Assembly (NCBI GenBank): GCA_051294375.1
Contig: CM119264.1
Span: 18,755,581-18,819,580 of the forward strand
Length of the DNA stretch: 64,000 bases
Source of the DNA: Paraspadella gotoi
Lineage: Eukaryota; Animalia; Chaetognatha
Reading direction: 5' to 3'
The notes under the pieces are model-generated. The model was not told the origin of the DNA. It made no database searches and was given only the letters and a program-made list of their open reading frames with translations. Positions 12,503 to 26,218 of the stretch are shown piece by piece; the first letter of the stretch is position 1; each line of letters starts with the position of its first letter. Both the position numbers and the translations under genes were made by a program.

Positions 12503-14600
12503 CTGGCGTGAAAAGAGGAGGTGTGATGTGATGAAGGAGCGAGGGAAAAGGACGGAGAGAGATAAAAATACTGCGACTGAGATTGGAGACGATCCGCCGC
12601 AATCTTAAAGCTTATCCAACATCTTTCTGTCGATTTGCTTTTCTAGATTTAGTTTCCTATTCTCTTTCTTTCTTCTTTTCTCTCTTTTTCTAAGCTTTAC
12701 TTATTTTCTTTTTTTTCTGCTCAATGCCAAACTGTTTTTGCTCTTTTTGTCTTTATTTTCTCTTTGTCACCCTTCTTGCTTTTATACTTTTATTCTATCT
12801 CCGTTTCTTTTGAATATTTTCGCTTCTTTTTTCGATCTTCCATTTTTAGCTGATCTCTTCTCTGCTCTCATTTCTATCAGAAGAGAATAGGATTACATGA
12901 CCTCCTTGGTAAAATTCAATCATGTTCGTCAAGGTCATTTCCATATTTGTCTAATGTCTAACAACTACCAAACGAAAACGCGCAAATTATGTGGCTGCGC
13001 AATATTGACTGTGAACAAGATTTTTGCAGCGAAAAATATAGTTAGTTCATGGAGTTTTGTATCACGACCAATATTAAATTGCTTGTTTTAATTTGCTACT
13101 CTGGATTCACTAAACTCGCTTAATTAACATTTATGTATTTTTCATATAATACAAATACAGATGGAAAATATACTCTTATCTTTCGTTTCTTTCTATCCTC
13201 TCGCTCCCTCTTTTTTCATCTTCTTCTCTACTCTGCTCTCTCTCTTTAGCTCTTCGTTCTCTCTCTGCTTCTCTTCTCTCTCTTTCTTCTCTCTCTCTCG
13301 TCTCTCTCTCTCCTCTCTCCTCTGTTCTCTCCTCCCGTCTCCTGCCCCCTCCTCAATCTCTCTTTCCTTTTTCTCCTCTCTCATCCTGTACCGACGATCT
13401 CCTATCCCTGAAGATAGCCTCGTACCTATGACAAAATTAATCCCAATCAGCAATTCGGGAGAAATGATCGCTCGTCGCAATCGAAGGACCCAGGTCGTGG
13501 GAAGGTTTCCTTGAATTATTAATCATAATCGACTTTTGTGACAGCGAGAAGGCAGAGAAAGGCGGCAACGCAACGAAGCATCTGGTGTGCTGAGAAGAAA
13601 AGTGGAAACAAAAAAAAAAATAAGAAGATAAATCAGTGGAAGCCACACAAGCTCTCGGTTAATTTAAAGAAAGGAGAAATCCTCACACATAAACACGAGG
13701 GATGAGATTGGAAATGTCTAAGGAACAGTCTTGCAGCAAAGGTCACAGGGAAAGAGCGTCATAATCTAATTTGTACTGACTCATAAGAGGCTCCTGGAGT
13801 TTTTCTTGCGAAGGTAAATAAAAATACACGGACAAAGCTTAACCTCACTGCAAGTATGTTAAACGGACAGTAAAAGGTCTGCTAATGCAAACTGCTAATC
13901 ATAGTTTTATTTATTTTAAAATAAGAGAATAAAGAAAATTATAGAAGTGAGTGTGCCTCAATCGGCATGTCCGTTTCTTTTCCTCGTTTTGGAATTAGTA
14001 ATGGGCAGATGGCGTTGGAGCGGTTGTCAAATTTCCCACTTTTCCTCGTTGGGTGCGCCGGTGAAAAAGAAGCCATTTGCTGCTCTTCTCCTGCCTGTTC
14101 GGCCTATTTCCGACTTTAGATTAAGGCCAAGAAGTTCTTACTCTTCCCGTTTGGAGGAAGAGATCGGATTGATGTGTGGTTGTAGCTTTTTATATACATT
14201 TTATGTTTATACATATTATAGGACTTATTTTTAAAAAAAGGCTAAATTTAGTAAAAATAGAATTCACTTCAGGAAAATATTTGATTATCGTCTTTTAGTA
14301 TAATTTTTTTTTTAATTTCAGCGGAAGATAGATAGTTCCAATGGTTTGACATTGGTCTTATTTGGAAACATTTTTCATCCCTCTCCATGAGTGCCTTTCG
14401 TCACTCTCTTTCTCTGGATCCGTGCTCTCTCGGTCTCTCCTTCTCTGCGTCCCGTCTCCTCTCTCTCTCTCGTCTCAGTCTCTCTTCGCCTCTCTCATCT
14501 CGTATTCCTCGTCTTACTCTCTCTCTCTCTCATCGTGCGTCTTCTGCTGTGTGTTTGTAGTGTGTGGCAGTAAGTCTGTATCGGCTTCCTCGTAAGATGA

Positions 14601-15628
14601 AACAAGTTTGAGGCAAGACAATGTCGGATCTGCACCACGATAATTTAGGCGGATAAAGCAAGCCTGAGATCATGAATGAATTGATTTATAGAGAAAGTGA
14701 TTTAGTATTTTTGTGTCTAAATTTATTTTATTTTAGGATATTTATAGTGGAAATATGGTATTTGTGTTGAAATTGAAATTAGCTATTTTCGGAGACTTGT
14801 GTGTTCTTTTTATTTCAGTATTATGATTGTATGTCTTGTGTCAGTTCAGATAATTATATACCCATTTCTATCATTTTGTTTGCTTCGTTCTTACTTTAAT
14901 TAACTCCTTGTCTTTATATTTATTCGATTTGTTTAGGCAATGAATGAGGATTTGTATGGATGCAATGATGAAGTGATCTATTGATTCACATGGAATAATG
15001 GGAATGCAGTGAGGAGAAGAGAGAAGAGACATCAGGAAATATAACAGATTGTGCCTTAATAAGATCATTTAAAGAATGCTATCGATCAAGTCCTTCAGCT
15101 CAACTGATCAACATCAGACAATTAATCAGTTTTAAATAAGCGAGAGCTTTAAATATAGGGAACTCTTTTGCACTTGCACTATTTCCATGCGAAAAATTTA
15201 GTATCAGCCGATCGCTCAAGTCAACAAGGCCCAACACAGTAATTCATCTCAATTAATCTTCGCAAATATGAATAATTTGAGATCAATATAATGGACTAAA
15301 TAAAAGTAAAGAGAAAGTTCAGGAGTAAGTATTACTTTATTTTTTTTTTCATTTTAAGGAACTCAGTTCTGGACTCGCATCAATTCTTCAAAACCTTTAT
15401 GATCGCAGCACAATCAACACACTTTCCCTCAACGCGCTCACAGGATCATGTTGTTTGTCCCAGAAATTTCAACCAGTGAGTGAATTTAATTGCTTTTTTT
15501 TCAATAGATTTATCATAATTTTGCTCGTTCTGACATCCATATAAGTGGAATTGAACCGACAAGATTGTGGGGGTGGAGCCGACTAAGGTGGATATCTGCT
15601 GATCTAAGGCGAGAACCGACCTAAAAAT
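14601..15628 (-). mobile_element. DINE-1/HINE-like element, error-rich duplicate of the 5565-6678 locus
   Basis: AACAAGTTTG at 14601, GTCGGATCTGC at about 14623, degenerate terminal hairpin at 15590-15627. Same flanks as the 5565 copy. Confidence 0.6.
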
Positions 15629-17309
15629 GAGCTTTTGTCGCTACGGAAAGGAATACTCTCCGGTTTATCTCAAAGACGCTAAAAAAATCTATCCTAGGAA
15701 AAGCCCTTTTTATTGTTAAGTAATTTTCTAATAATTTTATGCGGTCCATTTTTTAAGCCATTGAAAGTTGAGTTAAGAAGTCGCTACAACTGGCAAAACT
15801 TAGTAATCTAGGTAATGGTACAGTTGTACAGAATTATACATAGATATCAAGATCTGTGTATATTATCTGATACGGCTTTTTAAATTTAAAAAAGTAGTGT
15901 TACGTTTTTTCATCGACGATTCCTAAAAATGGTGGTTTTAGGCTTTTTGCTGAGTCCCGCCGTACAAAACAACAACCGAACGATCTCGGTAACGAACTCT
16001 AACGAAACGATCGACGACGATTGCAGGACGAAGACGGCAGCGGCGGCGCGGGCGGGCGGGGGCGGGCGGGCGGACGGCGCGCGAACTTTCGAACAGGAGC
16101 GAAGGCGATCAGAGAGAACGTGAAGACGAATCGGACGAGCAAAAGCAAAAGGCTTTCACCTGCGGGAAAATAAGAATATTATTTTTTTCGAAATTATAAA
16201 AAAAAGAACCAAAACATAGTAATTCACGATTTCAATGGCGAGTGAAATGAAAGATCGAATACTGTGGGCAAAATTATCTGATATAGCCGACTTCAGATTT
16301 TTGCACCCGCCTAATAAGAATTGCTGAGCATTTTTTTATTTTTTAACTCCCAGTCCAGCTTTCTTTCTTTAGTTACTGTGCTCATCAATGCATGGTCTGA
16401 ACTCACTAAAAAAGCTTTTTTTTTCCATTTGAATAGGACCTTCACTGTTTATAAGTATAATTTTTATGAAAAAACTGAAATGTTTGAGAATTTCGTTCCT
16501 TACAATATAGCAGCGCATTTTTGGAGTTATGTGCTCAGGGACAATCTGAATGTCACATAAGCTGTTGTTCACAACCCACAAGAGCAGTCTTTTTTCATTT
16601 TATAATTTTTCTAGCAAACTTTTAGAAATCTTAGCAAATAAGACTAAGCATATTGATCTCCCTACCAACTAAACCTTATAAAATATATTATATACGAGTT
16701 TTTCTCTCGAATTTACTAACTAATGAGATTAAAAGAATTTAAAGTCTGTCTCATTATTCACAATAAGTTTTAAATTGAAATATCAATTACAGAGGGGAAA
16801 ATCATGTTGCTAAAAAGCTGCTGAAGAGCAGGCAGCACCAGTGCTAAGTTACTCTTACGGGACTTTTCCTAACTAATGAAATGAACAAATTATTAATCAC
16901 AGTCAGTCAGTTTAAGAGTGTATAACAATCTTCTCCTCATTTCACTCCCATTGAAATACCGTGTAAAGAATGCATGCTGGCGATGTTTGAAGATTAACTT
17001 TAAGATTTTTTTATAAATGGAACAACATCTAATAATTTATTCGTTTAAACATCAAAAAAGCCAGAATCTACTAGTCATTATCGTGTTTGGATAACAATTC
17101 ATTTTTATTTNNNNNNNNNNNNNNNNNNNNNNNNNTGTTTGGATAACCATTCATTTTTACTTTAAATGCTCCCTTTTTATCACTGAAATAAAGCACTATT
17201 GAAGGATCTATCTAATCAACAACAATACACTAGCATACAGACACAAGCGCGTTCGCATACATACACTTTCTCACGCAGAAACTGAAAAGCCTTCCCATCT
17301 CAGTCTCAC

Positions 17310-17441
17310 CTGGCAAGTGTGAAGCCTGAGTGCTGAGCATTTCATGATGACGTTTCGCGACAACGGAACTCGGCGTCGGGATGGTTGATGCCACACCGAC
17401 CACGAGACATTGCGAGGCGGGACAGGAGGGTTGGCAGATAC
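17310..17441 (-). CDS. IgSF gene exon 7 (Ig3: VSANPPVPPRNVSW...)
   Basis: ttctcacacttag| acceptor and CAG|gtgaga donor. 132 nt. Phase-0 reading continues TCK|VSANP...W. The distal half may contain sequencing indels. Confidence 0.8.
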
Positions 17442-19007
17442 CTAAGTGTGAGAACGATAAAACGGGATCAATGACTATTTTGGGTAGAGACAATGTTGAG
17501 AACGACGTAAGTGAAACGGAAGGCGGATCGAGGTCCACGTAAACTGCCTTTCTATTAAGTCGAAGTTTTCGGGTACAAATCACCACTTTTATTAAAAATA
17601 TATTAACTTAAAACTGATATCAACATCAACATCGTCAACAACATCCGTTTTATATTTATAGAAAAGTAGCTCAATTTTACGGACGTTTTTTTCGTAATGG
17701 CGACGTTTGTTTCGGCGACGGAACTCGCCTTGTCTCACTGCGTTTACAAGTCGGTGGTGATTCGAGACATAAAAAAGGCATTAGCCCCTGAGAGACTAAA
17801 CCGTCGCCGCCAGACGACCGCGCAGATAGAGGAAAGGGGATGAGGGCATTGTGGTCGATCACTTTGACAGAAGTATTTGAATTGGGGCAATGTGGTAGAT
17901 CAAGCGGATAGAAGGAGAGTGGAATAAAGGTGTTTGGGATTGTGAAGTGACTGGGCGGGAAATAAGTGGGTCAGGGTTAAGAAAATTATCGAGTTTCTTT
18001 ATAAAGGATCGAGAATCGGAAAAAAATTACAAATCGGAACATTAGATTTTTTAAATAGATTTTTGTGTGAAGGTATGAAAGAACGGAGTTTGGGAGAAAC
18101 AGAAAGAGAAGTTAAGTGGTCGAAATTTAAATGCTTCGAAGTACGAACATCGTGTTCAAAGCAATGACCGCTGAAATTTAATTTTGTGGAATCTAAAACA
18201 AAAGCATTTGCCAAAAAAAAAACCGTCAGAACATAAAACATTTTAGGAGCAGGAACGAAAATTACTTTCAAATGCAGCGAAAAATTAATTTATCTATGTT
18301 TTCGATCAGTACGGTTCTTTAGAAAAAAGTAGAAAAAATATTTATTAAATTGAATTAAAAGATTAGTAACGAAGTTCAAGGTTCAATCAAGAGCAGACTC
18401 AAATCCCCCTCCTCCCCTCAATCTCGGAGTTTTTTCCCCGCGTGTGACGCTCACCAAATCGTTCGCGCTAGAAATGGAATTCATAAAAGGCAGCGGTTGG
18501 CCTGAGCGAAAGCGGGAGCGATAGCGAGAGCGAGAGCGAGAGCGAGAGAGACCGGGCGAGAGCGAGAGAGACCGGGCGAGAGCTTTGTGATTCGCTAAAT
18601 GGAATTTCGAGTTGGCCCGCTACATATGCGTGGGAGTTTTGAGGGGCGACAAGGGCAAATATCGGGCTATGGCAGCGAGGGTAAATTCGGGGGAGAGCGA
18701 CGGCGTCAAATAGGGGGTAAACAGCGGGAACAATAAAGCGGGGAATTGGAGTGGGCTAATCTGGAGGAGCGGGAGGGAAAAATATTGGCAGGTGGCAGGG
18801 AATGTTTATTCTCGTAGACTGGTAGTGGAGAGGAAGATGGCAGAGAAAGGAAGAGTGGCAAAGGCGGTTGCGAATAATGGCGACATAATTGGAAAAAAGA
18901 GGTCGTCGGTCGAATCGTCGAAACGCGAAGAAGAAATCACACGCCTCTTTCTTTAATGGAATTTGAACCAAAAGCTGAAAAGTCGGTAGGGGGAGGCCCG
19001 AGGGAAC

Positions 19008-19084
<77 letters not shown>

Positions 19085-19249
19085 CAGGCAGAGAGAGAGT
19101 TGGAAAGGCACTCATGGAGAGGGATGAAAAGATGGTGTTCAAATTAGAAATGTCAAAACGGCATTGGGAACGAGTCTTACTTCGCTGAATTAGAAAAGAA
19201 AATTAATTACTAAAGAGAGACCGGATAAAAGATAAAAAAAAATGAAAAT

Positions 19250-19710
19250 TATTTTTATTTTCTGAAGTGAGCTTTTACATTTTAGCCTTTTTGTTGAGAA
19301 AATCAGTAGTAAAGTATGTAATAAAGTTATGTATAGTAGAGAAGGTTATCAACCACAACAGTCAATCTGCCGGGACTCTGTCGCCTCGGACAAATAGCGG
19401 GAAGAGTAAAGAACTGGTCTTGGCCTTAATTACAGGTGGAAGATGGCCGAAGAGGAGGAGAAGGGAAAATGGCTTCTATTCGCATGCATACGAGGAAAAT
19501 GGTGGGGAAAGTTGAAACGTCAGGACGCCATCTGCTTACTAATTCCAAAGGAGGAGGAGACGGAATGCGATTGAGGACACTCGACGTTATAATTTTTCTT
19601 TATTTTTCTAATTTTATAAAATTAAAAATATGATGAGGCAGCTCTGATTAAGCGACTTTTACTACCGATGGTGATTAGCGATGTGTAGCAGTGGTTGAAG
19701 CTTTGTGTTT
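19250..19710 (-). repeat. Inverted copy of ~1210-1620 / 13830-14270 ending at a gap
   Basis: gggaagagtaaagaact...ggccttaat...aattccaaag...gaatgcgattgaggacactc is the reverse complement of 1320-1500. Confidence 0.8.
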
Positions 19711-22700
19711 NNNNNNNNNNNNNNNNNNNNNNNNNGGATCGTTTCTTCGAACGCTGAACCGCTCTACGGAGACGTGTCACCCCAGACGCGCCGCGGGATG
19801 GCGGGGTCGGCGCAGTCTTTGTGGCTCCAAGACTGCACTTTTCGCCATCTTTTAAAGGTGCCACTTGAAAGTTAATTTTACGGATGGCCGTTTCTCTTGA
19901 GGTTTTGAACCCAGTTTCAAAAAAAAACGTAATCAGAATCACCAGTTAAATTTCGCGCCCGACTAAAAAGATTAACTCATCCTTTTTTCATCTTCCGTTT
20001 TCATTTTTTTTTTAAATCTTTTTTTTTTTAAATTAAATATTCTATTTTTCAGTCCCGAATCCAGGCTTCTTTAATATTTCCTTTCTTTAGTAAAATTTCC
20101 CCCCCCCCCGAGTTTTTTTCCTTTAAGTTTATTCAATTTTTTTCGGTTTCCCTCAAATGCAATTATTCGGGAAGGATTTTTTTCCATCTCTTTTTTTTTC
20201 GTCCTTTCAAAAGACGTAATCCTATCAGCGACAAAATGCCAGAGATCGTCATAACAACAGAAGAAGGAATATTAGAACACCCACGATCGAAACCCGATCC
20301 TCCTTTTCTCTTGGGCGTTGACGTCTCAGCGAAGAGAAAAAGGAAAATTCCACGGTCCGTCGACCTCGTATTGAAGAAAAGGTTCGACGACCGATTAGAA
20401 AATATAAAAAAAGAAAATAGATGAATGAAACAAATCCCGATTAGAAAATTGATACGAATAGCAAAAATTGATAAAAAAAAAAAAATCCTGAGACGAAGAA
20501 ATTTACATGATCCGCGTTTATCGGAAATTAAGAGAGATGGATAATTCGCCACGAAGGGAAACGAACGCAGAAGTGGGGCTCATCGCGATTACCTTTGGAC
20601 CACGGAGCGTCTGGTGATCACGTGATTGTGACACTAAAGAGAGCGACGCTGAAGATGTTCCTTTTGGCCGAAGGCGACGGAGATTCCATCGACTCATCAT
20701 CAGGAGAGAAAAGAAAAGGTGACGTCGCGATTGGGGAATAGAGGAACGGGGAGGAAGGAGGAAAAGGAGGAAGGGAAAAAAGGATAGTAAAGAGGAGGCT
20801 TGTAAAAGGAAAAAAAAGGAAGGAAGAAATCAATGATGACTAGATATGTTGGTGGATAAAGCGAAGGGGGAAGTATGGAACGAAAGAACGAATGAACGAA
20901 CAAACGAACGAACGAACGAACGAACCAACTAACGAATGAACGGACGAACTACATTTTGAAAAGGAAAAAAAAGCGAACGGATCTGATCCCCGACCAGGTA
21001 GCGTGCGGAAAGATGGAATATTAGAACCGAAGGTTCGACTCCCTCCTTCGCCGCAGCATCGACTTGATCGGGGAAATGGAGACACCTTTCGTCCGCCAGG
21101 GAGAAGCGAGAGACCATCGAAATGGGGAGAGAAAATATTAATGGCGTCGGAAAGAANNNNNNNNNNNNNNNNNNNNNNNNNNNNNNNNNNNNNNNNNNNN
21201 NNNNNNNNNNNNNNNNNNNNNNNNNNNNNNNNNNNNNNNNNNNNNNNNNNNNNNNNNNNNNNNNNNNNNNNNNNNNNNNNNNNNNNNNNNNNNNNNNNNN
21301 NNNNNNNNNNNNNNNNNNNNNNNNNNNNNNNNNNNNNNNNNNNNNNNNNNNNNNNNNNNNNNNNNNNNNNNNNNNNNNNNNNNNNNNNNNNNNNNNNNNN
21401 NNNNNNNNNNNNNNNNNNNNNNNNNNNNNNNNNNNNNNNNNNNNNNNNNNNNNNNNNNNNNNNNNNNNNNNNNNNNNNNNNNNNNNNNNNNNNNNNNNNN
21501 NNNNNNNNNNNNNNNNNNNNNNNNNNNNNNNNNNNNNNNNNNNNNNNNNNNNNNNNNNNNNNNNNNNNNNNNNNNNNNNNNNNNNNNNNNNNNNNNNNNN
21601 NNNNNNNNNNNNNCCCTTTGCCTCTTTCCTTCCTTGTCTCGTTTCGCTTCTTTCCTTCTTTCCTTCTTCGCTCTTTTCCCTCTTTTCTGTTCTTTAAATC
21701 TTTCCTTCTTTTCTCGGCTTTTCTTCTTTCATCCTTTCCCTTGCTTTTCTCCTTTCCCTCCTTCCTCTCTCTTCTCTTTTTCCTTCTTCTTCCTTTCTAC
21801 CTTTCGCTCCTTTTCCATTCATTTTCTGCCTTTGCCTACCTTTCTCTTCTTTTCTCCTTTCCTTCTTCTCCTGCAATTCCTTCTTTCGCGACAGTACCGC
21901 AGGCCATTATATTTTCTCGAAAAAAGGAAAGGAGGAAAAAAGGAAAGGAATGGGGAAAGGAATGAAAAATGTGAAAACCGGGCGGATGAGGTGGACTAAA
22001 ATAACGTCGATAAAAGCAGAATTTATGTTGGCATATGGTTTGAAAAGAAAGACAATAAACCATGAAATGAAGGTGGCGCGAAATTATTAAACATAAAAAA
22101 TATGGAAGGAAAATAAAAGCGTTGAAAAAATAAGAGTTGGAAAAAAAATTGATTAAAATAGAAAAGGAGAAAGAAAATGTGGAGAAACGAAAACCAAAAA
22201 AAAAATGTGATGTCGGCAGAGAAGACGAGGAAAAAGAAAGGAAAACAAACTGGGAGAAAAAAAAAGGATAAAAAGAAGTGAATAATTGAGGAAATGCGAA
22301 TGACGAAGGGGAAACTGAGGAAAACGCGGCGTTGATTAAGCGCGCGGTTTAGCGGCGGAATCAGGAGCGAAAATTATTAGAAAATTATTATCGGGAGGAG
22401 GAGGTGGAAAAATGGAGGGAGGAAATGCAGGGATTGAATGGAAAAGGGAAGTGGAACCGCGTCAAAAAAAAAAGAGGAAGAGGAAAAGGGAAGAAAAATG
22501 GGAAGAAAAAAAGGAGGAAGGAGGAAAAGAAAGAGAGGGAGGCAGGACCGCCTGATGGACGGCTTCGCGAAATGAAACGCGGATCGAAAAGGAAAAAAAA
22601 CGCTGAGAAAAAAGAAAAAAAACGATAGAAGAGGAAAAAGGAGGAAAAATGGTTCGAAAATTTAGGGCAAAGTCCTTTCGGAAACCGGCAAGGTGGGAGG

Positions 22701-25700
22701 AAATTCATTTAGCCGGTGGGAAAGAAAAAATGAGCAGCCAGAGGAGAGACGATGAGAGAAGACGACGAGACTGAGGAGGACGAGACTGAGAGAGAGAAGA
22801 GCAACGACCAGAGAGAAAGAGAGATCGAGAGAAGACTGGACAGAGAGAGAGAGAGAGAGAGATCGCATAGATGGACACAGTGAACATCGGTGTCGGCGAT
22901 GATTGAATAAAAACAGTAAGGTCAAAAGGAAGGACGAAGCTGCGAGGGCGAAGAAGATAAAAAGTAGAGGAAGGCTTTCGAGCATTTGATAGAAGACTCA
23001 GTTTTCTTTGTCAACAAAAAATGGACACAATAGTTGTATACGGTTTTCACCGCAGAAGGGGAGAGGAGCAGAAGCGAGATGAGGACGACGAGGGAGAGAG
23101 AGAGGCGAGGGGGGAGGCTAGAGAAAGAAAGTTAAGATTTACTGAATAGGCGGCGCAATTGCTGTATCTCGATGGCGCAGAAAACTCCAAGGCAACATAA
23201 TGAAAAGAAATTTTTTTTTTTTCTGGTGAGATTATTTTCTGATTCGACGGTGAAATTGATTTCGCGCCATTTAATCTTTCTAATATCACGCTGGCCATAA
23301 CAAATATATGAGATTCGGAAAAGACATATTTCTTCAGAAAAAAATATTATAAATATATACATATTTATGTGGTTTATTTATTTTTCAACGTTGTTTTATC
23401 TGAAATTCCGAATATTTTGCCTCCAACGTTACTGAAAAAGAACATAATTAAAAAAGCCGTTTATGTTGCTTTCAGATTTCAAAAGCAATAAAATCAAAAT
23501 GAATCTCATCGCTTTAAGCATTGGCTCCTTCATCCACGAGAGGGCGAGAACAATATTGCGATAAGAAACGCGATTACGCGTGAAATCAAATTGAATTGAG
23601 AGCGAGGATATCATTATGACCGCAAATCACCTCTTCCCTTGCGATCGGGGAAATGATAAGATTGGGCAAGAAGTTGTCGGGTAGAATATGGCGGACTGGG
23701 AGATGCAGGGGTTGAGAGGGAATCTCAGAGAGAGTCCACGACTTTACCCTGAGGTGGGAAAGTAAAGGCAACCTGACAATTGAATCACTGGTAGTAACAT
23801 TGATGATCATTGATCAACGTGCAGCTCTGGTTTAAAACTCCAACCTTTGAGCGAGGGTGGCCCTTTGGGTGAGTAATAAAAGTTGGGGTGAGGCATCGTG
23901 TCCGATCTGTCAAGGTGAGTCGGTCCGAAGATCTACGAGTTCCTAATCTGCGCCTTCGCTTTCGCGCAAAGAAAGAAAATCTACATTTTTTTTCTTTCCC
24001 AAAATTCTTTTCCCCTATTTTTCCTTTTCCCTCTTTCTATCTTTATCTTTCTTTTTCTTCGTTCGTATTCTTCCCGTCTATCCAGACTCCTCTTTCTATA
24101 ACTAACTTTCACTCTCACTTCTTTTCTGTCTTTCGCTTTCCCTAGATTCGCCTCTTTTTTCAATTTTCCTTTTTTCTCTTTTAACATTTCCTTTTTTTCC
24201 TTTGTCCGCCGGTAGATCTAATAAATAGGTCCTCGACTTCGTCTTCGCCGACAAAGAAAATTGGATTTTCTCGCCAAGATTATTATTTTTCGAACAACCA
24301 AGGGATAAAAACGAAAAAAAAAANNNNNNNNNNNNNNNNNNNNNNNNNNNNNNNNNNNNNNNNNNNNNNNNNNNNNNNNNNNNNNNNNNNNNNNNNNNNN
24401 NNNNNNNNNNNNNNNNNNNNNNNNNNNNNNNNNNNNNNNNNNNNNNNNNNNNNNNNNNNNNNNNNNNNNNNNNNNNNNNNNNNNNNNNNNNNNNNNNNNN
24501 NNNNNNNNNNNNNNNNNNNNNNNNNNNNNNNGAAAAAAGGGAAAAAATAAGGAGATGGTGATTGCCAGGCTAGAAAAATGAGAGAATGGATAAAAAATAG
24601 AAAGTAAAAAAAGTGCAAAAACATGAGGGAGAATAAAAAATAAGGTGAGAGATGAATAAAGCGGAGAAATATGATCGAAACCTGATGTGAAAATGAAGTG
24701 AAGAGGAGAATGAAATACGTGAGAGGATGAAAAGGCGGGAGAGAGAGAAGAGAGAAGGGAGAACATCGACAGAAAGGAGGAAGAAGAAGTGAGGAGAACA
24801 TTAAAAAAAATGAGAAAGAAGGTGACAAAATTATTAATATAATTAATAAAAAAATAAGAAAATAAGACAAAAAATGGGGTAAAGATAAAAAGGAGAAAAA
24901 AGGAGGGAATATATATAGAAGGGAAAATAAAAAAGAAAGAAAGAAAAAAGAAAAAAAAGGTGGGAAAAAAGAGAAAAATGGAGAAAAAAGGAGAGGAAAG
25001 AAGAAGAAAGGAGAAAATGGAGGTAGAGCGGGCGACAGAAAAAGGCGAGAATAAAGCGATGATGAAGAAAAGCGTCGGGTCAATGAATGAAAGCGGAGAT
25101 ATGAATTGTTCAGGAGGAGGCGAAGAGGAAAGAATGGGAGGTGGGTGATGAGGAAAGAACTTTTCAAGGGAAAACCTTAGACGAATCAGAAATGAATTTA
25201 AATCGAGGAAAAATCAGATGACGACTTTGATTATAAAATCAAAAGGGTTTCGCCTGGGCAGAAGATGTTGGAACAATTTTCTTGCATTCTCGATTATATA
25301 TATTACGCCATTTGTCTCGATTTTGGGACGAATTGTCCTCGTCCTATTTGTTCTCAGAGCGATTGCAGCTTTGTTCTCGTTCCACTCTCCCGCGTCTTGT
25401 GCAGACGACGACGAATTCACATGCTTTTACTTGTTGTTTTGTAGTGAGTCAATAAATAAAATCGTGAATTCTTCCCTCAAGCAAAACAATATTTTCTTTA
25501 ACTCTCACAAGGTCTGGATTTCGTCTTCTGTCTCTTAGCAACAACAAACAAGTTAAACTCGGGATTTAAGCCTCGCAAAATGTTACGAGGCCAAAACTCG
25601 CGAGACGATAACAAAACGTAAAATAGTGAAAACCGAAAATAAAAACTTTTCCGTTGGGGGGCGGGGCGGCCGACGGCGACGCGGCGGCGCCGCGGCGGCC

Positions 25701-26040
25701 CGAAGTCGGCGCGCGAGAATCGATGGCGGCGGCGGAGGTCGGCGCCGCTGCTTAAAATTCCCCGGCGCTTTTGACTTAAAGCGTCGTTGGAGTTTGAAAT
25801 ATTTCAGAGCCTCATTTTTGCCCGCTGCATACAAACGATGTTGGAAACCACCAGAGCCCATAAAGGAACCCAGAGGTGAACCTCTTTTTTTTACTCACTC
25901 ATGTAAAAACTCCCGAGTGAAAAAAAAAGGAGACAAAACGAGCGACTCGACGTCACCAAAAAAGTTATCTAGTCTTCGTCGTCGTCGTCGTAGTCGTCTT
26001 GATCGTCTATTTTATCGTCGTCATCATCGCCTCCACTTAC

Positions 26041-26218
26041 CTTGCAGGTGACCATGAAGACGGGCGCGTCTTCGTCGACGAACTGACTTTTCTCGCAGGA
26101 GAGAGTCGGAGAGAATTTCACGTCGATGCGAGGAAATTGACAGAAGGGAAATGAGAGAGACGAGTTCCAGAAATCCTGGTGAGTCACGCCGCAGCGGAGG
26201 GTCTTGCCGTGGTCGGAT
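26041..26218 (-). CDS. IgSF gene exon 6 (Ig2 F-G strands SDHGKTLRCGVTH...IDVKFSP; Ig3 A-B strands)
   Basis: ctctccccgcag| acceptor after a (TC)n tract and AAG|gtaagt donor. 178 nt, phase 2 to 0. DHGKxLxCxxxH is the CD80-like C2-set motif. Confidence 0.92.

Larger units (their letters stand above)
1..16345. repeat. Direct duplications 1-2660 = 12568-15420 and 5531-7270 = 14570-16345
   Basis: Collinear shared unique sequence (e.g. ttaaggccaagaagttcttactcttcccg; gctttcacctgcgggaaaat) with indel-type differences. Confidence 0.88.

Noticed and set aside
18400-24000. Hox-cluster microRNAs (miR-10, miR-993, iab-4) suggested by homeodomain-motif-rich islands
   Set aside because: No match to the mature sequences or a convincing pre-miRNA hairpin was seen by eye.
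20163-25167. Long Phe/Ser/Leu- or Lys/Arg/Glu-rich ORFs, including those spanning N runs
   Set aside because: They are products of purine/pyrimidine-skewed low-complexity intron sequence and gaps, with no domain signal.
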